A program made the translations under genes and the position numbers. The notes beneath the pieces were generated by a model. That model was not told where the DNA came from. It ran no database searches and saw nothing but the letters and a program-made list of their open reading frames with translations. 64,000 bases of DNA from Balanoglossus misakiensis (taxonomy: Eukaryota; Animalia; Hemichordata). The DNA lies in contig CM082576.2 in the NCBI GenBank assembly GCA_040954595.2, forward strand, positions 8,373,129 through 8,437,128, read 5' to 3'. The stretch's first letter is position 1. Each line of letters begins with the position of its first letter. Positions 36,701 to 49,700 of the stretch are shown piece by piece.

Positions 36701-38220
36701 TTACTCCAGATATTCAACGGGGAATATTGGGATGCTTGCCCCTGAAATTTGTGACCTAATTTGCCAGTTTGCAGAACTTTCAAACACTGTGGACTTGCTA
36801 TCGAGCGAAGTTATCGTTGGGTTCCAGCGACCGCCGATGTTTTTCGGTCATATTCTCTGATTAGGACAAAATCCCCGTGGCGTAAGCGTGCTTATCCCCG
36901 CCGAAAAGCTTTACAAATCGTTATTAGCAAAGGGAAAGGGAGCGGATGCAAGTGACAGCAACCGATATCAGCTGCTTTATCGGCCGCTAGGAAATAAACA
37001 AACCGTTCGAGTACCGGGTCCTTGTAATACCCAACAGCTGATCGCAGCGGAGGAAACTATCCCCTCAGCCCCTAGTGATACAGATACTACAGATCGGCAA
37101 CAACGATAAGTATACAGTTGCTGGCCAACGAGACGAGCGGCGGGGCTGTAAACATCGGATGTTCGCTTCGGGTCACGTAGATACAGAACTTCGACTGGCG
37201 CAGGGGGCTCCGTCGACTTTTGTTCTCCGGGAATCGATTTCCCGGGTCGACCCGTTCGTTTCTGAGCGGAGAAAAACAGAGGAAGACAGTGCGAGAAAAA
37301 AAAACCCGAGCAGAAATCGATGCGGATCTTACAAGGCATTTACAGATTTTTTTCCCTCTGCCAAAGTTTGGTCGGTGACTACTGGATAGTATTGAAAGGG
37401 GATACAACCGTGGGTTGTGGTATCGACTTGTCGGGCACGTTAGCGTTTTTACAAAGACGAAAATCATCAATCCCACGAAGCGGCAGCTGCACTTGCGAAA
37501 AAAAGGTGGCAAATTAAAAGACAAATAGAGAGTTCCCCCTCTTGCCTCTGGCACGAAAACTCAATACCTATCCCCCCCCTCCTCTCTATATATTTTCCCC
37601 GAATTTTAACTTCTCAAAAGGAAACGTCAAACAAACAAATAAAAACAAACAAACGCTTAACTCCGTTATTCCGGAGTTTCGTGCAACGCGAGACAGTAGC
37701 AGAGCTGTGCGCCACTCGACGGTTGACGTCAGCGACAGTGCAAATAAGGCGGGGACCAACTTAATTTGAGAATAGAAAGTTCAAATCTGGAGTCAGATCG
37801 ATAATTCTTCAATTGAACTCGACATCTGGCTCTTAATAGCGCCAATGAAAGTAGAACGCTGCGTTTGTTTTCCTTTCGAAATCAGGAGGTAAAGTGGATA
37901 ATTGGTGTGGAAGGCATAACTTGATACATAAAACCCATTGAGAAATTGAATTTTCAAATATGGGCACTACTGATCATGTGTGCACGTATCCGCACGGCGT
38001 GTTTGTGTTTCTATCATGATGTGGATTGAGTATAGATTCCGTGATATCGGAAAACAAGAAGGGGCAAATGGAGTGTGTCTGTGGGCCATTCTGTTGAGAT
38101 TTACTGTAAATAAAGCAATCTTGGGCTACCGACAAGTGTTTGAGACATAAACTCCGTTTCATCCATGAGAGCTTGAAAGGCCGCTCAGAGGTGTTTAAAT
38201 TGTAACACAAGTAAGTATTA

Positions 38221-38320
38221 CTCTCTCTCTCTCGCGCTGCCTGTGCCTCTCTCCCCCTCTCTCTCCCACGCTCTTTCTCTCTCTGTCTCTCGCCCCTCTC
38301 TCCCCCTCTCTCCCTCCTCA
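38221..38320. repeat. Degenerate (CT)n tract
   Basis: Direct inspection. Confidence 0.85.
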
Positions 38321-41300
38321 CTTTCTATTACACAACCAAAATAATAGATTCAGGAAACCAAACCCCATTCTGCTCTGTTACAACTTCCTGGTAAATGGCC
38401 GCCACTCAGTGTCTGACTATATTTCGTTGCAAACCTCATAAATAGGAGAACATTGGCGAGGCAAACAAAGGATGAAAAGTGACTGGCTTCGGTGAAGACC
38501 AAATAAACCAATTTATGTCGCCCATTTAGGCTATTACTAGTATATCAATCTTTCCGTATTGTTGTCGGGGGGGGGGGGTGACTTGAGCGTTGGCTGAGAC
38601 GCGCATGCGTGGTCGGGAAAGAAGGAAAATTGTTTTCAGTCAATTAACTTAGAATGGGTTTGGTTGTTGGAGACGTTCTTCCTTGTATTTGCAGCAAATC
38701 ACTCAAAAAGTTTGGACCACATACAGTAGGTGTGATGGAAACGGTTTGCTCTGATTTATTCAGTATCAATCGTGTTTGTCGCTGTCGTAATCGGCAAACA
38801 CTTTTTTGTTTTTGCAGAGTGGGCGACGAGGGGAACCATTTTGGTTGATTGTTCGATGGCTTCGAAAGAGAACGGTGTGTTTGATTTGGTAGGGCCTCCG
38901 ATTGGGGGGAAGCTTGCCGAACAATAGCGGGTGAAAGCTTCGGGATTAGGTTCACTTTACAGCCAGTATTATGTTTCAGCGCCCTCAAAGTGTCGATTTA
39001 CCGACCAATAAACAGCCCCAGAGTAGCAGGCATTGGTCATTTCACCACCGATTTCAATGGTATGAAGTCTTAAAAGCCAGGCTAGATTAGAGAAATTATC
39101 CCCCCTTTGTACCCATAATAGTCGGAAGCTAATTTGACAAGCGGTGATGAAGTGAAGTTTTTAGTCGGCACCGTTTCCACTAAGTTTGGAGTCGTTGAAG
39201 TCTTATCCGTGCCTGTGAGTGCTGAACCAAGCCTTTGCTTTCTGGGGTTTTGTCATTTTCTTCGTACCGCGCACCGGAGGTAGAAAAGTTGGTCGCCGAT
39301 TTTCAGTTTGGCGGCCAGACGCCACCCCGTGGAAATAACAACGTCCAATTAGACAACATTTCTGCCGGAAATACAATTACGTTAAAGAGGAAGACGATCG
39401 AAAGTGGTTGCCACGGCGACCGGTGACTGTTAAGAACATTTGCATGTTTACAGTGTGTCTGGATTGATAGAGCTTCACGTCATTTGATGACACTATAACT
39501 GCGCGGAAATTGCTGTCTTTTTGGCCAAAAGTGGTCGGCACGGGAGTCGGTGGGTTGGGGGATGGAGGGAGGGGTGAACGTTTGCATCCGCGCGACGTCA
39601 TGGTTTTGAATTGGGCAGCACTTGTCGTTTACTCATTAAATTATGCGGTAAAGCAAAATACGCTTTCCATTGCTATCTGCTGTGGGTGACATTGACTGGT
39701 AGCCTTTAAACGGTCTTAAACTGTTTGACTTAAGTATTTGTGCGCTTTTCAAATTGAATAGACTGTGAAACGTCCGTCAAGCAACGACTTGCACTCTCTC
39801 ACACACACCTGCGCGTCTCTCGTCGCTGCACGGCTGGCTTAGGGTCCGTCAATATTAGGTCAATGGACTTGACCAACAAAATCTATACACCTAACTGCAG
39901 AAAGATGTGTGTAAGAGGTCTTTGCATGCCTCCATTGTCCCCCCCCCCTTCCTCATCCAATTCGGGCCCTACGACACCAATGCACGCAATGCATTTCTCA
40001 ATGCAGAGGTCCTCCGTCCCTAAAAATCGCGCACCTTGTTCTCACAAATTCCCTTTAAGATGACCCGTTAGCCACGAGTGGTCCCTAACCGCCTTTTTCT
40101 GGACAGCGAGCAGGGTTTTTTTTTCAGCGCGATTCATGAATGTAACCCTCCACAGTTTCAAAGCAGGGGCGACTTAAGTTTACAGTATGATTTCTTAGTA
40201 CCGTATTCTGTGGTCCGCGTATATATACTCTTTGCGGGACTTAAGATGGCCGAAAGGGCCAAAAACTCTGTGGACCATGAGCCCGGGTCTTGATCTTTTA
40301 AGCTGAAATTTATTTGCCTCTTTATTCACACTAATGCAAGGTCTTAGATGCTCTAATACGGGTAAATTTGTGGGTAGTTCTCTGGTTTCCCAGCACACCT
40401 TTTTAAGCGCCCATCCCTCGTGGGAGAAATCACAAAGATTCAATAGAAACACCGTCGCCTCTCTCAGCATTAGGAGTAAATGGACACCGTCTGGCGGGCC
40501 TTTCAGCGCAACTTTGCGCTGACATGGGGCGTTACTTATCCCGGTAATTCGGAATAGACCCAACGCTTTGGGCGCACCGGGCACTAAGTGTAGCGCTGTA
40601 CCGACGGATCTAAGCAGCCATAGTCTATAATTGGTTTTTCGTTTTTCATGGAAAAGCTTTCTCCCTCTGGCTGGGATCGAAGTGAAACAGCAAATTTCCA
40701 AAATGCTGCCGTTTTTTACCACACAACCAGTGTTCTTACTCTGGCGGTAATTACCGCTCTCTCTCTCCGTCTCTCTCGTACAGACGACTTTCGTTGTTGT
40801 TCCGTTACAACACGACCCATCCAGTTCGCGCGTCTCAGAGGGCCGGGATAAAGGCACCAGTCTTAAACCGTTGCAAGGACTTCAACGATAAACCCGGCCT
40901 GGGTGAAAAACGTACGACGGCGTGGGTGGGGGTATTATCATGATGATATTAGGGGGTTCCAACGACCGCGAGCCGGTTTGCTACTTGTAGCTGGATTTAA
41001 CGAGACGCCCGAAATGATTACGCTTTTGTTTTGAATTCAGAAACGGGCGATGAGTGAGCGAAAAGGAGAGCGAATTTGAGTTGCTTGTTTTAGACCGGAT
41101 GGCTGGAGGGACAAAACGCATTAGTCTAATATTGAAAGTAGTTGTAAAGTATCATTCATATCATGGCAGTGTAACTGAATGAAGACTTGCGGGAATATTT
41201 ACTGAATAAATAGAAGATTCAGACCAAATAGAAATAATGATAGTTAAAAGGACTGGCTGGGCAAAACCCATTCGCAAACAAATATACACCGCCGGTTTCG

Positions 41301-42194
41301 CACACAAAATACATGCTAAAGGTATTACCGTGCATTACAGTATTCTAATGCGAGCATTTTTACCCTTTGGATGGCTGGATTACGGCGGACAGGTATTATC
41401 ACGACTCGCCTTAATCACGGCCATGATCAAACAATAGGGGAAGTCTTATTCAAAGCCGCGGTACGAAGTTCTACGTTTGGCGAATAAAAGAACCGCGGCA
41501 GACCACAGGCTGTCAGAGCCGGCTAAAGTTTATTTTTTGTCACGGTATACGTGTGGTGGTGAGCGATTGTGTTTTCTCCAACCATCCATCCATCCATCAG
41601 CCAACTCGGACCTTGTTTTGTTAACAGTGCTATACTCGGTGTTATTTTTTCACTTGACAAACCGATACAAGCGCGCATTGTCATCTACCAGTGTAGCGGC
41701 ATTGGAGACCGTGTCGCACCACCCAAATCATTAAAGGGGCCATTGAGAACGCTTAACTTTTCAACATGTTGCCAAGTCCCAGGTGGTTTGTTTCTCTCCC
41801 GCATTGTTCCCTAACCCAAACCCCGGTGACGCCATAGTTGGCCACCCTGAACGGCATGACGCGCACAGTACAAGCTCGGGGTGGACTCAGGGATTTTTTT
41901 TACCAGCGAGACAACTTCGCTGTGTGGAACCATTTCAGTTGTCGACCGCACGACCGTGCAACCCGCAAACGGAACAAGTCAACAAATCTCGAAGACCGGC
42001 ACCCCGTTTTAATAAAGGCAGGGTTATCGAGATTTTGATCATTTTTGACAGGCAATATAAAAAAAAACCGGGCCGCAGTCAGAACATGCGGGGCAACAGT
42101 CTGCATCTTTGGGCAACGCAACCAACACACCAACCTTTACACATTGAAGTTGCCGGTGCTTCACAAAATCTTTACTCCAACAGCAGACTCGTGG

Positions 42195-42240
42195 ACACAA
42201 AACAACATTCATGAAAAAGGTATTTTAATGTTTAATGCTC
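42195..42240 (-). terminator. Putative gsc polyadenylation signal
   Basis: Tandem ATTAAA (42236-42231 and 42229-42224) followed by the GU-rich element TGTTGTTTTGTGT; implies a 3'UTR of about 1.2 kb. Confidence 0.5.
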
Positions 42241-43409
42241 TCTAGGAAAAAGGATCTAAATTATTTACATCGGCAGTTTTCTTAAATATCTCTTCTTTTT
42301 CACATATAATATAATAATAGAACTTGTTTCAAAATGCAACTCTACGCTGATTGTCAGAACGCTGTCAAGTGCAAATTGCAAATCTGATTGTCTGTCCAGG
42401 TACGAAGCAGCAATGCGTCTGGGGGTCATCAAGATGCGGAAAAGCCACAAGTCATGTGGCAAGCCATTTTTGTCTCTTTTGGTGTTTCCTACGAAACCAC
42501 ACATTTTTGGGGGAAGGGAGGAAACACGGTCCACAAGCATTACGCACGCACCAAGTAAGGTATGTCTTAAAAACTATGAGAGACCACATACTATACTTAT
42601 TGTCCTATCCAACTAACCCCTCAGTCGTCAAAAGGCGCACAAACATTTGCACATAATCTGTATTGAGTTGTTTGCAAAGAAGCTCTCATTAAATTGTATC
42701 TATAAAACGCGAAATAACGGATTTGTTTTTGAACTCGGACAAGGTTCTTGAAATATTTCTAAGAGTGAGCTGTAATCTGGCAGGTAACGGCAGGGATAGA
42801 TTAGGAGTTTGAGAAGAGTTGTGTGGGCGAAGAAAGAGACAGGGAAACTCTGAGAATGAGACAAACAAGGAGAGGAAGAGAGAAGGAAAGAAGATAGAAT
42901 TAACCTTTTTTAAATTATGTGAATTGATGTTAAAACACTTCTGTTGAAATTAAGTTTTTTCGTCATTGTGGTGGACTGAAAATTTCATGTTCAAAACAAT
43001 CGATTACCTGATCGGAATGAACGTATTGGTAAGACCTTAAACCTTTGGAAGAAGTCATTCGATTAGACGAACACTTGTGTGTCGATGGGCAAAGCAGGAA
43101 AATGTTACACGTTGCCGTCATTCTTTCCGCTGGGATCTCCCCTGTCTTTCTCTATGATGGCCGTCCCGTATGACATCTGCGACAGGAGATCAAGACAAAC
43201 AAAGAAACTGTACTCGGCCAGACACACACGTGTGGTCATTGACAATAACCCGTTTCGATGCTTCGAGACGTGCTAAAAACCGACCGGTTCATGTCTACAC
43301 GGCTAATGTGCTTTTACGTAAACTCAAGATTTTGTCCTTTTTTGCTCGAGTTATTGTCGACATTCAGTATGGATGACATACACACCCGATAATTTACAGT
43401 CAAGAAAGT

Positions 43410-43742
43410 CTACGAACAGACGTCCTGTGGCGAAAGTTCGTTTTCCGAGTCGCTGTCCAGGCTGGAATCGTCGTCGTTCGCACAGTTATCACTGCCGACA
43501 TCCACGCTATCGTTCACCCTCACCACCTCGATGTTGGCGTCTTCGTCGGCGTTCTCCTCCGTCTCCGCGTCCGCGCCCGGCGGACTTGACCGCAATTCCT
43601 GCGGCTGCTGCTGCTTCTCTGCCGCCTCGTCGCTTTTCATCGCCACGTCCACCGCCGTGCTGGCCTCGGTGGCCCGTCTCGCTGCCTCCTGCTGCTCGCG
43701 TTTCTGTTTCCTCCACTTGGCGCGGCGATTTTTGAACCAGAC
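43410..43742 (-). CDS. gsc: gsc exon 3 ([19 protein letters not shown]... acidic tail ...QDVCS*)
   Basis: CTGTAG acceptor; helix 3 with Lys50; TAG at 43410-43412. Confidence 0.96.
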   Translation of the reverse strand, partial: VWFKNRRAKWRKQKREQQEAARRATEASTAVDVAMKSDEAAEKQQQPQELRSSPPGADAETEENADEDANIEVVRVNDSVDVGSDNCANDDDSSLDSDSENELSPQDVCS

Positions 43743-46700
43743 CTACAGTGAAATATAGGAAATCATATGAAGATCGAGCTTCTTTGTTTGTTTGTTTGTT
43801 CTTCTTCAGTGGAAGTGTCATGTCATGTGTCTTCCAGGTCGCAGGCACCGCTTATTACGTACCCTCCAAAATGCCGTAACGGTACCAGCATACTTAGCGT
43901 AATCAGCGGCAGTTGTTCATTGAAAATTCCACCATTTGGAGAGGAAGAATATTTGGCCCGTTCAGCAATTAAGGAACAAAGGCTTAATAATACAAACAAG
44001 ATCATTTTATCTAAGAAAGTTAAAATCTAAATTTGTCTATACCATTAATATCGATGGAATGCTTTTCTTTGTAATTTTAACTCTTTGAATAGGACATACA
44101 TATATATTTAGACACAATTTAATAGCAAGTACGATAGTGAAGGCTTGTTATTAAGGCTTCAGAGAAAATTGACTGAAAGATGACCGTGAGAAGAAAGATT
44201 GCCAAACTACGTCAGTCGATTATAAAAATAACAGAACGCCTGGAATTACCAGTAGTTTTTGTTTGTAGAATAATCTTGGGGCTCATTTACGCTTGGAAAA
44301 ATCTGTTAAGGTTATTAAACTTCGCAGATTAGATACTAACTCAAATTTAATTATTACGCACTTGGACTCGAGCCAACAGCGTCGTAATCGATAAAAAAAT
44401 CTGCCAAGCAGGCTGTCTTCCACAGCTCGTCTCTGATTGGGTTTTATTTGGTATCATGACTAGAGTGCGACCGATAAGAGACGAAACACAACACTGCGCG
44501 TTTTAATACTCCCTTTAAAAATGAGTTTGTGTTGTTAAACACGGCCGGGCTTGTTTCGAGTTAGATTAGATTGAGTGGCCGGCCGTGCTGGGTAGCCTGC
44601 TTCAATACGCCGCGATACTTCATGGGAAAGGGGTCCGCACTGATTGTCAACGCATGACCAGATCCAGATTGTCAGCTTTGATAAGTCCCCCCCCCCCCCC
44701 TCCCTCTCTCCCTCTCTCTACTCTATGTCAGGCAATGATGGATGCAGACGTCGACATCCGTAGACCTTGATTTGGTATTGTTGGCACTTAATAATCGCTA
44801 ATAAATCTAATTGAGCAAAACGTTATGTCTCTTGGGAACAGCTGTTTCGGCTCAAATACTTTCAAGTATCGTGTTTCTGGCTATTAATGCAGTTTGTCTC
44901 CGCTATAACAGGTTGTTGGGGTGCCGTACCGCTGAGGTCCCACGACAGTAATTTTTCAATCCGCTCCTTGGTCGAATTTCTGACGAGCGAGGAAAAATAA
45001 CCCACTTATTCTATCGCATTTCAGTTGAGTATTTGGATATATTTGTGTCAAACTGAACTATTTTTTTTTACTTTTAGAGGAATAAAATCTACATTGAATT
45101 TCTCGTGACGATCCTATCTAAAATTTAAAAAAATATGACCAGAAAGGCCAAAGTGTCTTGCCAAAGCTCGTATATAAAGCAAATTGAACGAAGAACGCAA
45201 AAAGTTAATCTGCGTTTTCATATGTTAGAGAAAACTCGTTTGATATCACACAGAAAAAATATGACACTTGACATTGCGAAACGTTTAATTTTGTCAGCAG
45301 AGAACGGCACGAAGCCAACAAACTACGAGAGAAACGAGATTCTCAATCGCCTCCGCACTGTTGAACGGGCTTGAGGTCGGAATTTGCCTACTATTCGATG
45401 AGCGGGATGAGGATAGTGACCCCACAAATTGAGGAAGGTTTGATTTCAGCGGAGTAATTACCGTCCCTTTCGGACACGTTAGGCTTAGAACTGAAGTTAA
45501 CCGAAGGTGTGTCGTAAACGGTCGCTCGCCGCCCCTAAAGTGAAGCTTCAAACAGGGGCTCCCCACAAGGATAGAAATTGTATAAAATGTGATTGAGAAA
45601 GGCAGATGCCTCTTAAACCACTTAGAATTTACGAAAATACCAACAGAAGGTCCGATGTGTAGTACGGTAGAACTTTTACTCTCATACATAAAAAAATCGC
45701 CGGCGCATGGTGGTCGTTCGGCTAGGGTTAGTCTAAAACGTCCTTTGTAGCTCGGAAAACAGCATGCAGACTTCAACAGGAAAATTCAAAACACAGCCAG
45801 TGTTGATTGTATCACTGACCAACTCCTCTTGAAAGTGGCCTCTGATTTGACCCCCAATTCTACAATTTACAGCGGATGCAGCGACGCGGCAATAAAGCAA
45901 TTGCAGTGACTTATCGGGGCGACCGCGTCACCGATACACCTTTCCACCGGCTCTCGCCGACAGACTTTTAACGAACTCTATATGTGAAAAGAGAAAAAAC
46001 CTCCATTCGGAGGGCCGAATTCATGACGACAACACGCCCAATCTGGCGGATTTCCCACGCGTTTTTTATGGATGGCGAGCCCGGGGAATCCGGCACGTAA
46101 AGCTGTCTTGATACTCGAAAACTGGTAAATTTGCTTGTGTCCAAGTCAGATTCTGGTTCAACCTGCGCGCACTCTGTATTATTTTCCGGGAGGACTTCTT
46201 CAATTAATTTATGGGACTAAACTGTTTGCAAATAGTCTGCGATAGAGGTCAATACTTGATGGTTTCAAAGGCAAATCCGCAATTATGCACATGGCCCCTC
46301 CCATGAAATTACACGTATTAACACTTCGGCTGGTAGCTTAAGTTCTTACCAACTCGTTACGGCCTCGTGCGAAATCTACATCATCTGGGGGAGGGGGTTA
46401 CCTGGAAAAATACAGGCCACCTTCGATTCTTCGTGAAAAACAACAGAAAAAATGTTTTGCTTCAATTTTCAACAAAGTTGGCGTCCATTTCATCAGTTTA
46501 CCCGACGATCAAAAACGTCATTGTTCTCGGCTTTTGTCTGGCTATCCAAACTTGGGGTTAAGGCGAAAAGAAAGTGAAATCGATGTTTTGTGTTGGTTTT
46601 TAGCATACAACTCGGCTAGCTGGGTGTATTATTGGTCCCCGGTGATATCTCTGTGTGACGTGAAAGAGTTTGAGACGTTTTCAAGAAGCGATTGGCCTGA

Positions 46701-49700
46701 ACAAATAGCGAGTGCCACAGATGGACATGGTACGCTTGGAAACGAAGTTCCTTGGACCACTTTAGAAAAAAAACTACCGGTGTTCGGGACTTGGGTCAAA
46801 ATTTTACTCTGTTTTCCTCCAAAACAAAATGATGGTCACGTTTTAGTTGTTCCCTTGCGTGGTCACGTTTCCCCCTTTACTCTGGTAAACAAGCCAAATT
46901 ACAGTAATATTTGAACCCAAAACTGGCCTAATATTATTGTAAGTTAGACATGTCGCAGTGGTAGTGGGAAAGGAACGCGAACGGATAATTATTTAATTTC
47001 GTGGGAGTTTTTCTGCCTGAAAAGCGCTACGTGCTTTGGGATTGCATTAATTTCGCTTCTCGTTTTTACAAGACTTGACATGTATAGGTGTTGTCATAAA
47101 CCTCGCCTGCGGCCACAAACGCTGATAGAATTATTCGTTTCACTATTTATGTTTAATAATTTCATTTCATTTACTGATTTCGGGGTGGAGAAAATGCGTC
47201 AGGCGGTGTAAATAGTGTGCCGGTCAATTCATTTGTATGATTATGCCTTCAAATAGTCAACTCTAAACAGAAGTTTGCGAGATAGTGCGGTTATTCAAGC
47301 AGTTTCGCGCGCGACCTCCCACAAATATCGTATTTCGCTGATCCACTTCGAAAGTCGCGTACTCCCTTTCGAAAGCTTTCCCCCGCGACTGAATCAAAAT
47401 CGTAAATGCCCCCGAATTCGCTCGCCGCAACTTGACGAGGTGAAAATGTCAAACAGTGCCTCCTTGAACTTTAAGTCGATAGATACCGAAGTCGATTTTT
47501 TACCGGGAGTAGAGGGAACAGTCGATCAGCTGCGACACTTCCATTAGGTCTCACAGACACACACAACCACGTTGACTACAAGGTTGTTTTTCCCCTTACC
47601 TCCACTCGCTCTTCCTTCAAGTCGGTCTTCATGGCTATCTCCTCCCGTAGCATGACGTCCGGGTAGTGCGTCTTCTCGAAGGTCGCCTCCAGTTCCTCCA
47701 GCTGCTCCTCCGTGAAGATGGTCCGGTGACGCCGCTTCCGCTTCTGGTTTCGCCCGAAAAAGTCCAGGGCCGGGTAGCCGTGAAACGCGGGGTAGGCCGC
47801 CGCTGCAGCCGCTGTTTAAGCAAAAGAACGTGGAAAGAAAGAGCGAACTCTTTAATTTGACCTGTTCCAGAATTTGAGTCGTCTTTGTTTTAGATTCCCC
47901 CGTGTGTGTTTTCGTTCTTGCATTTTTCCAAGCGAGATAAACCGGTCTTCGCTAGACAAGTCTTTTTGTGGATCGAAAGCTACCCTGTCTTTGAGACGAG
48001 TACAAGTTCAACTTTGACACAGGGCTATCCGCGTACTAGCCCCTCATCTTCCACCTGACTGTTTACTAGTAACAGTCATTTCAAATGAAACAAAACAAAC
48101 GTTTTCGAGATGTGCGGTCCCCTACACCACAGAATAAGCACCTTTCGACAACAAAAACGGGGTTGGCCGGAGCGTTTATTGTCAAGACGGGGATATTTAA
48201 ATTCAAATTCGCCTTCTTTGTGAGCCCACTTGAAGATCTCATCGCTGGGAACACAGTCGCGAAGAAGACAATCTGCAGATGAGAGTTTTTTGACACAAAA
48301 AAATGAAGCCAAGAGCTCTTATGACACAAAGAATTTTGTTCAAAATGTTTCTCTTTTCAATTGACATTGTTCATTAGATCGCATTGGAGGTAAATGGTAT
48401 CCCACTGGGAGTGTTGTTTTTACAAATTGGACTTCATCTCCTTAAAAAAGATGACAGCTACCAGGGAGGCAGATTTTCCCACACGACTCCCCCCGCTCGT
48501 ATAATAAGCCTTCTCCCGCGTGTAAAAGGAAGACCGCGTCCCGCGCGAGTAAAGAAAAAAATCAGCGAGTGTTCTTGTTCTCTGTCCCTTCAGGTGTCGC
48601 CGCGTCAAAGCGAGGGCGATCCGTCTCTCGGCCAGCGCAACAAAACGGGGACCACATGCAAAGCAATAACAAGATGTTTGTCTCGTGAAGATATCTAATC
48701 AACTGTCCAGCGACCAACCCGGATAATTTTTTTTGTGTTCGTGTGTGTGAAATACGAAAAAAGACACGGTATCTGAATATTTGTTAAAGTTGCGGGTTGT
48801 TCGGAAAGGAGGCGCGATTTTAAGACTTCCGTGCACTTGGCCGTGCCCTTGGTACACACCGGGATCGTTTTGCGCGTTGATGAACGCACCACACCTGTCG
48901 CCCGCGCGCTCAGACCCCTTTCCCGCGACCACCTGTAAACCACCCATCTTGAAAGTCGAACAGAAGTGCATTTGGCAAATGTCGTGACGAACATAAAACA
49001 ACAACAACAACAAGTGACATGTCTTGTTGTTTTTACGAGTCCGTGAACAGGGATCTTTGAAATAAATCGAGTTAAATCTGTAATTACCCAGGCGGGGCTA
49101 TTGTCTGCCATTGCCCGGCCAATTCAGGGTTGTCGTGTTCAATCTCACACTTCAACAAAGGGATCCTCATGTCTTTCTCTTTACGACATGCAAACTAGGG
49201 AATTGGTTAAATAGTTTCCAATCAGTGTGAGAGAAAGGCGACTTGTCATTAAGTGGGGGGCGAGCTGTAAGCATTCACAGGACGGAGCTAGCGTAATTAC
49301 ACGTTGTAAAATGTCTCCACGTGCCCCCGAAATACTAAGAGGGTGGAGATCTCACGTTCACGGCCGAAATAGCGAAGGCCAACCATGACTGGTCTTGGTG
49401 TGATTTCCTAATGAAAAACCTAGAAATTCCCACTCGTTTTAAGTCTTCGATTGAGCTTAAGTGAACTTTTTAAAGAGACTGTGGTCTTGGGTCTGAGTCG
49501 ATAACGGCGTTAAGTTTTGTGTACAAGAATAACATCATTAATCTGCGACTAAAGCTGCAACAACTGTCCCTTTCTACGCCAGTGTTGATAATGCCAAACA
49601 GATCGAGTGATTTGGACTGGGGGAGACTTGATTTGAAAAAAAACTGAGAGGAAAAAAGGTGTATATTTAAGTAACGATCACACAGTTGCCCACAGTGGAG

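Noticed and set aside
40195-40857. Longest unassigned ORF (220 aa, minus strand)
   Set aside because: Non-ATG start, no recognisable domain, and a composition typical of random non-coding frames.
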